A stretch of DNA of 64,000 nucleotides from an uncultured Bacteroidales bacterium (GTDB lineage: Bacteria > Bacteroidota > Bacteroidia > Bacteroidales > FEN-979): positions 277,991 through 341,990 of the forward strand of contig CAVYJI010000019.1 in NCBI GenBank assembly GCA_963768805.1, in the 5' to 3' direction. Within the stretch, counting starts at the first letter, position 1. Every line of letters starts with the position of its first letter. Below the pieces are notes generated by a model that was not told the DNA's origin, did not search any database, and saw only the letters and a list, made by a program, of their open reading frames with translations. Position numbers and translations under genes: made by a program. Of this stretch, positions 37,041 through 48,600 are shown piece by piece.

Positions 37041-37582
37041 ATGTTTTCTCCCTATTGTAAAAACAAATTCAATATTCTACATTTGGGGAACCTAACAAAG
37101 AATGAAATGTTAATCTATCAATGCCATAATAACATCATCACGATTGAAACTTTAACATTCTAATCAAACCTTATGACAGTTCCATTCGAAAATTCAGAGA
37201 TTGCATTCAGGAAGGATACTGGTTATAAATAAAAAACCTCCTTGCTGCTGAATGTAAAAAATGATCACCATAACCATCAAATCACAAACAAAAGAAGGAG
37301 GCCACAGCAAATATACACAAAAAAATGAAATTCCGGCTCTGTCTTAAATAAATTCAGAGAAGAGCGTTGCTTTAGGTCAGTGTGACATTATGAACAGTTA
37401 ATTGACCTATTCTTACGAAAAAGAATCTTCCAGTTGGTTTTTACAACAGTACCCCGTAAAAATTTTTAAGGCATTTAACTACGACATGTTCGTAAACATA
37501 CGAATGATGTGTTAAAGAAAAAAACGCATGAGGAGCCATGCAATAAATCAGGGATTTAAATGAAATTTTTGAAAGGAAACTT

Positions 37583-40500
37583 ATGCAAAAATTTTTACGT
37601 GGTTCCTTAAGGCTGATTATCTTAATTTCTTCTGGTGTTATACTGGTCCCGGGCAAGCAGAATAACATTTATGCAGAAGGCACCAAACAGCTTTTACCCG
37701 ATTCAACAATATCTCAAGCAGGACTTTACATCGATAATTCACCGGGAACAGTTTATACGAATTTTGCGGTGGCCAATTGTCCTGCCAATTACAGGTTATA
37801 CATCCATGTTAAGAATGTAGGTGAATCTATTCTCTTCGGTTTTGAGACAAACTATGCTAATGTTCCATTCACCTTGCGAAAACCAAACGGGACTGTAGCT
37901 ATGACGGGGATTATCTCTTACCATGTAGGTCAGACAGGCTATATTGAGTATTACCACCAGGCCATTGTAGGGCCTTTCCCTGCCTATGGAGGGTATTCAC
38001 CATTTTCATACCAGGTGACCAGCATTGCAGATACAGGTAATTATTATTTCGATATCCCGACCTCAATCACCTATCCCGTTGAGATTGAGATGTGGGATTT
38101 CCAGGTTGTATCGGGACAACATAATCCTGCTATACCTTCTGATGCCATTAACGGGCGTGTCTGGTCACAATCGTGGCAGCTTTATGCCAGTCTCGGATAT
38201 GGACCCTCGGATTACTCTCCTTTTAACGGTTCATTTTATATTTATTCCGATGATGGGATTGTTACAAAGCTGGCTTTTTCCAATGCAGCAGTCGGGGCCG
38301 TCACGATCTTTTGCAATCTTTACGGATGTTTGAATACAGGTAACTTCTTAACTGACCGGCAATCAAATAACAACAACACCTTCCTTACCTTTCCTGCCAT
38401 AGCACAGTATAAGGTTTTTCTCAATAACCCTGATTCCACTCTATATCCCAGCGGATTTTACGGTAAGATCGTAGGGACACCTTATATGATACCTGATACA
38501 GCTTATCCCCCGTGTAGCGGGAAAAAACTTATTGTCGTGGATGTCGATAAGATAGGTAAGGTCCAGGTGACAATTACTTTTCCTTATGGTGCGCCGGGCA
38601 CAGATGTGTCATTATGTTCCAATGTCGTTCCGGGTATCAATTATATTTACTGGAATGGATTGGATGGTCTGGGAAATCCGGTTCCTGACGGGACACAGCT
38701 CTCGGTCAATGTGCAATATATGAACGGGTTGACGAATTTACCTATCTGGGACCAGGAAATGAACCCGGATGGTTATATTGTAACATTGGTCAGGCCATCA
38801 AATGCGTCAGGATTACAGCCTCCAACCTTCTGGGATGATTCCCAATTAGTCCCAAACACAAATGGTGATCCGTGCAACAATCCGCCCCAGACTGTCAACT
38901 TCACTGGCTGTACTCCCGGTTCCATGCCGGGCTATACAGGATGTCATCCCTGGCAACCGGTTGATGGCTATTGTCATAATAAGATGATAAACACCTGGTG
39001 GTATGGAAGTACCACCAATTCACCTGTATTGGTATATTATAGCATAACCCCGGCACCCCCTGTCGGTAATAATGTTACCCGGTGCGGACCTGGAGCCGAT
39101 ACCCTTAAAGTGACCGTTGTTCCTTCAGCTTTAACAGCAGACTGGTACAACGCAGCAACAGGTGGAATTTTGCTTTTGTCCGGTTCTACGACTTTTGTGA
39201 CCCCTTTATTAAACACTACTACCACATTTTATGCTGACTCCAGAGATCCAATCTCAGGATGCATCAGCGCTACCAGGACTCCCATTACTGTAACCATCAA
39301 CCCGCTTCCGGTGCCAACGGTAACAGGACCCACACTGGTTTGTGATAACTCATCAGGGAATATTTATTTGACCCAGGCAGGGATGAAGAATTATACATGG
39401 TCTGTATCAGCAGGAGGGATTATTACTTCCGGCGGGGCCACAACAAACAACTCTGTTACTGTTACGTGGACCTCCATTGGGATCCAGACTGTAAGCGTAA
39501 GCTATACCAATTTAAATAACTGTACCGCTGCTTCGCCTACCGTCTATCCTGTTACCGTCGATTCCCCAGTGTCAGTCATTGTTCAGCCATCGAACAGTGC
39601 AGTCTGCAATGGTTCAAGCACATCATTCAGTGTCTCGGCGACGGGCACAGGACTTACTTTTATCTGGCAGGACAATACCGGAACCGGATGGACCAGTCTT
39701 TCCAATGGTGGCGTTTACAGCGGCGTCACAACTGATTCACTGATCATCAGCAGTGTAACAAACGGCATGAACGGATACAGTTACCACTGTATAATTAATG
39801 GATCATGCTCTCCAGCACAAACCAGCAATTCAGCTTTACTGACGGTCAACCCGATCCCAACAGTCACTGCTGCCCCGCCTTCCCAGGCAATCTGTTCAAC
39901 GGGTACCACTAATATCGTTTTATCAAGCACAACGGGTTCAACAACATATACATGGACCATCAATACAGTACCGGCAGGAAGCATCAGTGGTGCATATGCA
40001 GGAAGCGGTAGCTTTATTTCCCAGACACTGATCAACACAACGGCCATCCCGGCAAGCGTGACCTACACTGTTACGCCTGTTGCCAATGGTTGTCCCGGGC
40101 TTCCCTTACCAGTCGTTGTGACAGTTAACCCTGTACCGAATGCAACCGCCACGCCGGCGGCCCAAACGATCTGTTCTACAGGAACAACCAATATAAACCT
40201 TTCAAGTTCTATACCCTCTTCAACGTTTACCTGGACAGTTGCAGTATCTCCGGCAGGAAGCGTTACCGGAGCCTTGGGCGGCGCCGGAAATGCCATTGTG
40301 CAAACGCTTACGAACGGAACCCCTGACCCTGCCCAGGTTACTTACACAGTTACCCCGTTGGCAAACGGATGTCCGGGGTCACCTGTAAATGTAGTTGTTA
40401 CGGTCAACCCGACACCGGTGGCCATTGCAGCACCGCCTTTCCAGACAATATGTTCAACAGGCTCCATGAATATTGTTCTGTCAAGTGCAACGCCGTTAAC

Positions 40501-42610
40501 CACTTTCACGTGGACCACCGGTATAATACCGGCAGGCAGCGTCACAGGCGCAACTGCCGGTTCGGGTGACCTTATTTCCCAGACCCTGGTCAACACGACT
40601 GCGTTACCGGCGAACGTAACCTATACCATCACACCTTCAGCCACTGGCTGCCCGGGAGTTCCCATAACATCCATTGTAACAGTCAATCCGACACCAGATG
40701 TAACTGCAACCCCGGTTGCTCAGACGATTTGCTCAGGGGCAACGAGTGACATAATTCTTTCAGGCCATACGCCAGGGACGACATTTACATGGTCTGCTTC
40801 TATAACTCCTGCAGGAAGCGTTACCGGCGCTTCAGCCGGTTCAGGAAATACCATTGCGCAAACACTTACAAACGGAACCCCTGACCCTGCCCAAATTACC
40901 TACACGGTTACCCCCAATGCCAACGGATGCCCGGGGTCACCTGTAAATGTAATTGTTACGGTCAACCCGACACCGGTGGCCATTGCAGCTCCGCCTTTCC
41001 AGACAATATGTTCAACAGGCTCCATGAATATTGTTCTGTCAAGCGCAACGCCGTTAACCACTTTCACGTGGACCACCAGTATAATACCGGCAGGCAGCGT
41101 CACAGGCGCAACTGCCGGTTCGGGTGACCTTATTGCCCAAACCCTGGTCAATACGACTGCGTTACCAGCGAACGTGACCTATACCATCACACCTTCAGCC
41201 GATGGCTGCCCGGGAGTTCCCATAGCATCTATCGTAACAGTCAATCCGACACCAGATGTAACTGCAACCCCGGTTGCCCAGACGATCTGCTCAGGGGCAA
41301 CGAGTGACATAATTCTTTCAGGCCCCACTCCAGGGACGACATTTACATGGTCTGCTTCTATAACTCCTGCAGGAAGCGTAACCGGCGCTTCAGCCGGTTC
41401 AGGAAATACCATTGTGCAAACACTTACGAATGGAACGCCTGATCCTGCGCTGGTAACGTATACAATATTACCATCGGCAAACGGATGCACGGGGTCATCT
41501 ATAATTGCCGTGGTAACGGTCAACCCGAAACCGGTAGCCAATGCAGCACCGCTTTCCCAGACAATATGTTCAACAGGCTCCATGAATATTGTTCTGTCAA
41601 GCGCAACGCCGTTAACTACCTTTACATGGACTACCGGTGTAATACCGGCAGGCAGCGTCACAGGCGCATCTGCCGGCTCGGGTGACCTTATATCACAAAC
41701 CCTGGTCAACACAACTTCATTTACGGCAAACGTAACCTATACCGTCACCCCTACAGCCAATGGGTGCTCCGGCTTACCCGTCACTGCAGCGGTGACCGTG
41801 TACCCGCTTCCTGTGCCTGTCATCAACGGGCCCTCCATAGTTTGCATCAACTCAAACACTATTTATTCCACCGCCCAAGGAATGACCAATTACAACTGGA
41901 CAGTTAGTGGTGGCACCATCATAGGTGGTGACAGCACCAACTCAGTAACGGTGAAATGGAATGCAGAAGGCTCACAAACCATTTCTGTCGCCTACACAGA
42001 TGCAAATGGCTGTAATCCTACAACGGCAATTTCCATCAGCATTACTGTCAGTGACATGATCACCACGGTCACAGTGACCGATGCAACCTGTTACGGGGCC
42101 GATAACGGCTCCGCATTTGTCAATGTTTCAGGAGGGATCCCAGCATATACTTTCCTTTGGAATGATCCACAGGCCCAGACGACAAACCCAGCGACAAACC
42201 TTGCCCCGGGGACCTATATGGTAACCATAACGGATGACGCCCTCTGCACCAAGACAGCAAGTGTTACCATCCTGCAGAAATATCCGACACCTTCAGCCAG
42301 TCTTACAATTAATTCGGGTGACAGGATATGCAGTGGCGACAGTGTTATCCTGAGGTTCGACCTTACCGGGACCCCTCCATGGTCATTATCTTATTCTGAT
42401 GGGGCGACTACAACGGTAGTAAACGGGATCACCGTCTCCCCCTATATTGTGCAGGTCTACCCGGCAAATTCCTGCATATATACCATCACGTGCGCTTACC
42501 GATGCACATTGCACGGCAGAGCCAGGGATGATGCAGGGAGCCCCCGCAGTAAATGTATTGCCACTGCCCGCTGTAGAATACACCTGGCAAAACGGACCTC
42601 AAAACAATGA
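37583..42610 (+). CDS. Giant SprB-like T9SS adhesin, 5' segment (reading frame breaks near 42491)
   Basis: Signal peptide, a ~450-aa unique N-domain, Ig-like modules, 7 x 93-aa tandem domains, and an SprB-type repeat (CYGADNGSAFVNVSGGIPAYTFLWND). The last ~39 codons look out of frame (CAYRCTLHGRARDD...). Confidence 0.85.
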   Translation: MQKFLRGSLRLIILISSGVILVPGKQNNIYAEGTKQLLPDSTISQAGLYIDNSPGTVYTNFAVANCPANYRLYIHVKNVGESILFGFETNYANVPFTLRKPNGTVAMTGIISYHVGQTGYIEYYHQAIVGPFPAYGGYSPFSYQVTSIADTGNYYFDIPTSITYPVEIEMWDFQVVSGQHNPAIPSDAINGRVWSQSWQLYASLGYGPSDYSPFNGSFYIYSDDGIVTKLAFSNAAVGAVTIFCNLYGCLNTGNFLTDRQSNNNNTFLTFPAIAQYKVFLNNPDSTLYPSGFYGKIVGTPYMIPDTAYPPCSGKKLIVVDVDKIGKVQVTITFPYGAPGTDVSLCSNVVPGINYIYWNGLDGLGNPVPDGTQLSVNVQYMNGLTNLPIWDQEMNPDGYIVTLVRPSNASGLQPPTFWDDSQLVPNTNGDPCNNPPQTVNFTGCTPGSMPGYTGCHPWQPVDGYCHNKMINTWWYGSTTNSPVLVYYSITPAPPVGNNVTRCGPGADTLKVTVVPSALTADWYNAATGGILLLSGSTTFVTPLLNTTTTFYADSRDPISGCISATRTPITVTINPLPVPTVTGPTLVCDNSSGNIYLTQAGMKNYTWSVSAGGIITSGGATTNNSVTVTWTSIGIQTVSVSYTNLNNCTAASPTVYPVTVDSPVSVIVQPSNSAVCNGSSTSFSVSATGTGLTFIWQDNTGTGWTSLSNGGVYSGVTTDSLIISSVTNGMNGYSYHCIINGSCSPAQTSNSALLTVNPIPTVTAAPPSQAICSTGTTNIVLSSTTGSTTYTWTINTVPAGSISGAYAGSGSFISQTLINTTAIPASVTYTVTPVANGCPGLPLPVVVTVNPVPNATATPAAQTICSTGTTNINLSSSIPSSTFTWTVAVSPAGSVTGALGGAGNAIVQTLTNGTPDPAQVTYTVTPLANGCPGSPVNVVVTVNPTPVAIAAPPFQTICSTGSMNIVLSSATPLTTFTWTTGIIPAGSVTGATAGSGDLISQTLVNTTALPANVTYTITPSATGCPGVPITSIVTVNPTPDVTATPVAQTICSGATSDIILSGHTPGTTFTWSASITPAGSVTGASAGSGNTIAQTLTNGTPDPAQITYTVTPNANGCPGSPVNVIVTVNPTPVAIAAPPFQTICSTGSMNIVLSSATPLTTFTWTTSIIPAGSVTGATAGSGDLIAQTLVNTTALPANVTYTITPSADGCPGVPIASIVTVNPTPDVTATPVAQTICSGATSDIILSGPTPGTTFTWSASITPAGSVTGASAGSGNTIVQTLTNGTPDPALVTYTILPSANGCTGSSIIAVVTVNPKPVANAAPLSQTICSTGSMNIVLSSATPLTTFTWTTGVIPAGSVTGASAGSGDLISQTLVNTTSFTANVTYTVTPTANGCSGLPVTAAVTVYPLPVPVINGPSIVCINSNTIYSTAQGMTNYNWTVSGGTIIGGDSTNSVTVKWNAEGSQTISVAYTDANGCNPTTAISISITVSDMITTVTVTDATCYGADNGSAFVNVSGGIPAYTFLWNDPQAQTTNPATNLAPGTYMVTITDDALCTKTASVTILQKYPTPSASLTINSGDRICSGDSVILRFDLTGTPPWSLSYSDGATTTVVNGITVSPYIVQVYPANSCIYTITCAYRCTLHGRARDDAGSPRSKCIATARCRIHLAKRTSKQ
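39848..41800 (+). repeat. In-frame tandem array: 7 x 279 bp, including a near-identical 558-bp higher-order duplication
   Basis: Units start with NP.P......P..Q.ICS and end with VTV. 40367-40924 versus 40925-41482 are almost identical, and unit 7 resembles units 3 and 5. Confidence 0.9.
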
Positions 42611-45600
42611 AGTACAATTCCATATTGATTCTTCCATTACAGACCTGGGAGCAATCGGATATATGGTGTTATGGAATTTCGGCGACGGCACTTTTGGTTA
42701 TGGGCACAACCCTATCCATTTTTACCCGGGGTCAACCACATTCAATTGCACTCTTACAGTGACCGATACCAGCGGCTGCAAAAACTCAGTAACGCATGAG
42801 ATCTTTGTGGCGCCAATCCCGATCGCATTTTACTCAAGCAATGCACCTTCCTGCCTGGGCAACATCATGTGCTTCACCGACCTCTCAACAGTGATCTCAC
42901 CACCGGCAGCCTACATCCAGACGTGGATATGGAATTTCGGCGACGGAACGCCACCAGACACCATTCATTTTCCAGATAACCCTAATGTCTGTCATCTCTA
43001 TTCATCTTTAGGAAATTACCAGGTCTCCCTTACCATTCGCGATAACCTGAGCGTGTCGGATACCTATATTCATTCCCAGGCTGTCATCCCCGGGCCGGTT
43101 GCTTCTTTTTCCTATTCCATGAATTGCAAGGATCAACCAGTTCAATTTACAGATGCTTCCAGTCAGAATGGCGGAGGGGATATTATATCCTGGAATTGGA
43201 ATTTCGGTGATCCGGGATCAGGCATATACAACATCTCAAATCTTAAGGACCCTACCCATATCTTTGCAACAGGAAATGATCTTTTCAATGTCACACTGAT
43301 CATTCAAAACTTTAACGGATGCAGGGATACTATTATCAGGCCAGTTTATATTTTGCCCAAACCACCGGTGGAATTCACCCATGATTCTGCATGCGACGGA
43401 CAGGTTGTTCATTACACAGCCGACTCCATCATCACGCACATCGATTCTATTGTCACCTGGTCGTGGAATTTCGGGGACGGATCGCAGCCAGTCACAAATC
43501 CAATTACAGCCACACATACTTATGCGGCTCCAGGGACTTACATTACCACACTCACTGTGACCGATATCCACGGTTGTATAAACTCTGTTTCCCATGGGAT
43601 AAAAGTGAATGTCCTGCCAATTGCCCGGTTCAGCTGGTCAAGCCCGGCATGCTCAAACAGCCCGGTACATTTTATGGATAATTCCATCATTCCCCCAGAG
43701 GACACAGGTTATATCGCCAAGTGGTTGTGGGATTTCGGGGATGGGACCTCGCAGCTTGTGGTCCTTCCTTCCTCCCCCGATGTCATGCATACATTCGCCG
43801 GCACAAGCATGACTCATACAGTCCGTCTGACAGTATGGACAGGTGACAGTTGTTCTCAATTTGCTGAACACAATATTATAAGTATTCCTTCCCCCATTGC
43901 CGATTTTGAAGTACCTGTGATCACGTGTCAGCATCAGTCCATACATTTTACTAACGAGTCTTATTCAAACGGTGGTGACGGGATCGTCCAATGGAACTGG
44001 AATTTTGGTGATCCAAGTTCGGGGACAGGTAATTATTCATCTTTTACCAATCCTGACCATACCTATAATAATCAGGGTCCTTACCAGGTTAGGCTGATCA
44101 TCATGAATCAGAGCACCTGTAGTGATACTGTCATAAAGAATGTAACTGTAAACCCGTCGCCGGTGGCCGATTTTACAGCTGATACTGCCTGTCTGGATTC
44201 ACCCACGACATTCACCAACCTGTCTATAGCAAATGCAGACAGCATCATTTCTTATTCATGGGATTTCGGGGATGGGACCATTGGCTCGACGGTACCATCA
44301 CCGGTGCATACTTTTACAACAAGCGGGACCTTCAACGTCAAACTATCTGTGATCAACTCCAATGGTTGTCAGGAAGATACAACAAAAATGGTACCTGTCC
44401 ATTCATTACCTGTTGCTTCATACTATAACAGTTCGCCAAACTGTTCGGGCACTGCTGTGCATTACTATGACCAATCGACTGTAGCACAGGGGCAGGGAAG
44501 TATTGTAACATGGGACTGGGATTTTGGTGACGGAACTACCCTGACCATCGTCGCCCCGGCCAGCCCGGATGTCACACATATCTTCAATGGCAACGCATTA
44601 TCCCATATGGTCAGGCTGACCGTCACAACTTCAGATAATTGTGCAGGCTTTACAGAACATACGGTCAACTCCATTCCTTCTCCTGTTGCTGATTTCGGAT
44701 TCCCATTAATAAACTGCGCTTCACAGCCGGTATTGTTCTCAGACCAATCCTATTCCAACGGGGGAGGACCTGTGATTACCTGGCAGTGGAATTTCGGTGA
44801 TCCAGTTTCAGGAAACACCAATACTTCATCCGTCCAGAACCCGTCACATCTCTTCACAGGGCCGGGCAGTTATGATGTCACACTTATCATTTCAAATGTC
44901 ACCGGTTGTTCGGATACTATTGTGAAAACAGTTGTAATCAATACACAACCGGTAGCAAATTTCTTTGCTGATACCGCCTGCCTGCATCAGCCGACACAAT
45001 TCACCGATATCTCAACTCCCAATGCTCCGGGCATTATGACATATTCATGGGATTTTGGAGACGGATCACAGCTTTCAAACTTACAGGATCCAATTCATAC
45101 CTACGCTTCCTATGGTGTTATGAATGTGAAACTGACGGTCATTAACAGCAACGGATGTACACAAGATACAACAAAGCAGGTAGTGGTCCGTCCTTTGCCA
45201 TTGGCTGAATTTACCATTGGCACTGCTGACTGCCATGGATCTCCCATTCAGTTCACGGATCATTCTTCAGTTGTTCCCGGTGACCTGGTTTCAATCGTAC
45301 AGTGGATATGGAATTTTGGAGATGGCACGTCTCCTGTGATCATTCAATATCCGGGCAACCCCAATATCACGCACCTGTTCACAGGAACAGGAAATGCATA
45401 TTCCGTCACGCTGACTGTCACGACATCCGATGGATGTTCAGGGTCTATATCACATACAGTTTATCTTGTCGCTTCACCGGTGGCCGAGTTCATCTATCCT
45501 GAAGGAACCTGTTATCAGCAGCCGGTCCAGTTCACCGATATCTCACAGTCCAACGGAGGAAGTAATATCATCCAATGGCTCTGGACTTTCGGCGATCCCG

Positions 45601-48600
45601 TATCAGGCACTAATAATATGTCTTCCCTGCAAAATCCTGCCCATCTATTTACTTCGCCAGGGACCTATACTGTGGCAGAGATCATTTTCAATACATACAA
45701 CTGCTCAGATACTTCCGTAAATGAGGTCACCGTAATCCCTGCACCGGTGGCTGATTTTACAGCAGATACGGCATGCCTTGGCTCACAAACCACATTTACT
45801 GATCTCTCTTCCATGAACAACGGCATCATTTCCCAGTATCTATGGGATTTTGGCGACGGAACAACATCCACTTTAAAAAATCCCGTGCATACCTACCAGA
45901 TAAATGCTATCTTCCAGGTGAGGCTAACCGTCACGACCCAGGATGGCTGCAGCAATGATATCACCAAAGCTGTGCCTGTAATACCAAGGCCTGTCGTTGC
46001 ATTCAGCGCAAGCAGCCCGACATGCCTGGGCTCTGCGGTGCAGTTCACTGACAATTCTTTTGCCATGTACGGTTCAATCCGTTCCTGGACATGGAATTTT
46101 GGCGATGGAGTAATCGTAATGATCGTTCAGCCTGCATCTCCCAATATAAGCCACCTTTATGCAAACAGCGGTACATACAATGTTACTCTTACGGTCACAA
46201 CATCGAGCAGCTGCGTTTCAATGACAGAAAACCCGGTTCCTGTGCAACCTCTCCCAACAGCAAACTTTGTATCTTCACCTAACAAATGTGAACTGAGCCC
46301 TATACAATTTACGGATATGAGCCAGAATAACGGGGGATCACCTATCACGCAATGGATTTGGAATTTCGATGATCCAGGTTCAGGTTCAGCTGACACTTCC
46401 CTGATCCCAGATCCAGATCATAGCTTTTCCGCAGGCGGCACTTATAACATCAGGCTAACGGTCGCCAGTGAAGAAGGGTGCATCGATTCCATCATAAAAC
46501 CTATAACGGTCAACAGAAGGCCAATCGCTCAGTTCTCATCAGATTCTGCTTGTGCAAATTCTGCCACACAATTTACCGATCAATCAATTCCAAATGCCCC
46601 CGGCATTACCTCCTGGCATTGGAATTTTGGAGACCCTGCTTCAGGAACCAATAATACATCTTCTCTCAAGAACCCTTCACATATCTACTCAGCTTCAGGG
46701 AATTACCTGGTCACCCTTACCGTGATCAATTCCAACCTATGTGAGAATGACACTGTCATCCAGGTACCGGTGTCTGCGACGCCTGTTGCAATGTTCACGT
46801 TCACCCATTCTTGTGCAAAGACGCCAACACAATTTACCGATGAGTCCACATCCACTGGCAGCCAGGTGATATCATGGCACTGGGATTTCGGCGATGGCAT
46901 CGGCACTTCAAACATCCAGGATCCGATCTATACCTATTCGATTCCCAAAACCTACAATGTCAAGTTAAAAGTGACCAATGCAAGCGGCTGTACTGATTCA
47001 ATAAGTATCCCTGTTCCTTCATACCCCCTGCCGGTTGCAGCTTTTACTTACAATAGCTTCTTCTGTCCTGCAGGACAAGTGTCATTCACCAACCAGTCGC
47101 ACGGTAGCGGTTCAGAAATTGCACAGCAACTCTGGATCTTTTTACCCGGCTCGACTTCCATTTTGCCTGATCCCAGCTATGTCTTTCCAGTAACTGATAC
47201 TACCTACCAGGTAACTTTGATCGTGACAGATGAAAGAGGATGCAGGGATACCACAACAAAAAGCGTTTTCGTAAAGCCCGGTTCCTCCTTCACCTTTACG
47301 TATGACACGGTCTGTTTCGGCAATCCCACTTACTTTCACGCTCAAAACACCACCCCTGGCGATTCATTATATTCACTCCAATGGAATTTCGGGGATCCTG
47401 CCTCCGGCAGTAACAATACCTCCAGCCTGTATAACCCGGCACATATTTTCTCATCGCCGGGTACATTCCAGGTAAGACTAAAGGCATGGGATTCGGATAA
47501 TTGTGCTAACGATGTGTACAAGACTGTCATCATTCATGCCTTGCCAAGGCCGGGTTACTCCTTTGTTTCACCTCCCTGTGATAACCTGACGCATTTCACG
47601 GATCTCTCAGTGCCCGGCAGCGGGGTGATCACAAGCTGGACATGGAATTTCGGAGATGGTTCACCACTTCAAACCATCGTATCCCCTGGACCAGGAAATA
47701 CCACTCATGCCTATGATATCCCCGGAGCCTATCGTGCCAGCCTGATGGTGACCAATAGTTTCGGATGTGATGATACCGTGTCGCGGCTTGTCAGCAAACC
47801 TGCCTGCATAACGGCAAGCTTCAGTCAGGCTGCATCGGGTACCTGCACAAATGCTCCTGTCGTATTCACCGACAACTCCCAGCCGATTAGCCAGATCAGC
47901 AGGTGGCACTGGACTTTCGGGGATGATTCTGACACGAGTTACACAAGTTATTCAAAATATATCATGCATACCTATGCTTATTCAGGGACCTATCATGTTC
48001 AGCTGCAGGTCACTACATCCGTTTCGCAACAGATTTTCACGGATACTGCGAGCAGCACGGTATCTACCAGCAAAGCCCCGCAAACACAGTTCTCTGCCGC
48101 ATCCGTTTGTTTTAATAAAGCCACTATGTTCAAAGACCTGTCAAATAGCTTTGGGACAGAAATCACGACCTGGAAATGGACCTTTGGCGATCCTTCATCA
48201 GGCAATAACAATTACTCAGATTTGCCTGATCCTTCGCACAAATACCTCAGGGCAGGACCCTATGGCGTAAGTCTCGTGGTAACAAACAGATCAGGGTGTA
48301 AGGACTCACTTACGAAGCTGACCAAGGTATACATACTTCCTGTTGCCAGGTTTGACAACATGCCAGCCTGCAGTAATAATCCTACACGGTTCTCAGACCG
48401 GTCGATCGTGGCTGATACCGCCATCGAGTACTGGAACTGGAGCTTTGGCATTTCACAATCACGGAAGGATACCTCACAGAGAAAAGACCCGGCATATACT
48501 TACAAGGAAGCAGGTGAATATAATGTTCACCTCATTGTCAGGGACTTTAACGGATGTTCTGATACAACAGATTCTATCATCACTGTCAACCCGTCCCCGG

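Noticed and set aside
40342-41712. Periodic minus-strand ORFs (40342-40596, 40900-41151, 41179-41712) and plus-strand 66-aa ORFs inside the adhesin repeat region
   Set aside because: They recur only because the underlying 279/558-bp coding repeat recurs. They are antisense or out of frame to a strongly supported domain-repeat CDS and have no motifs of their own.
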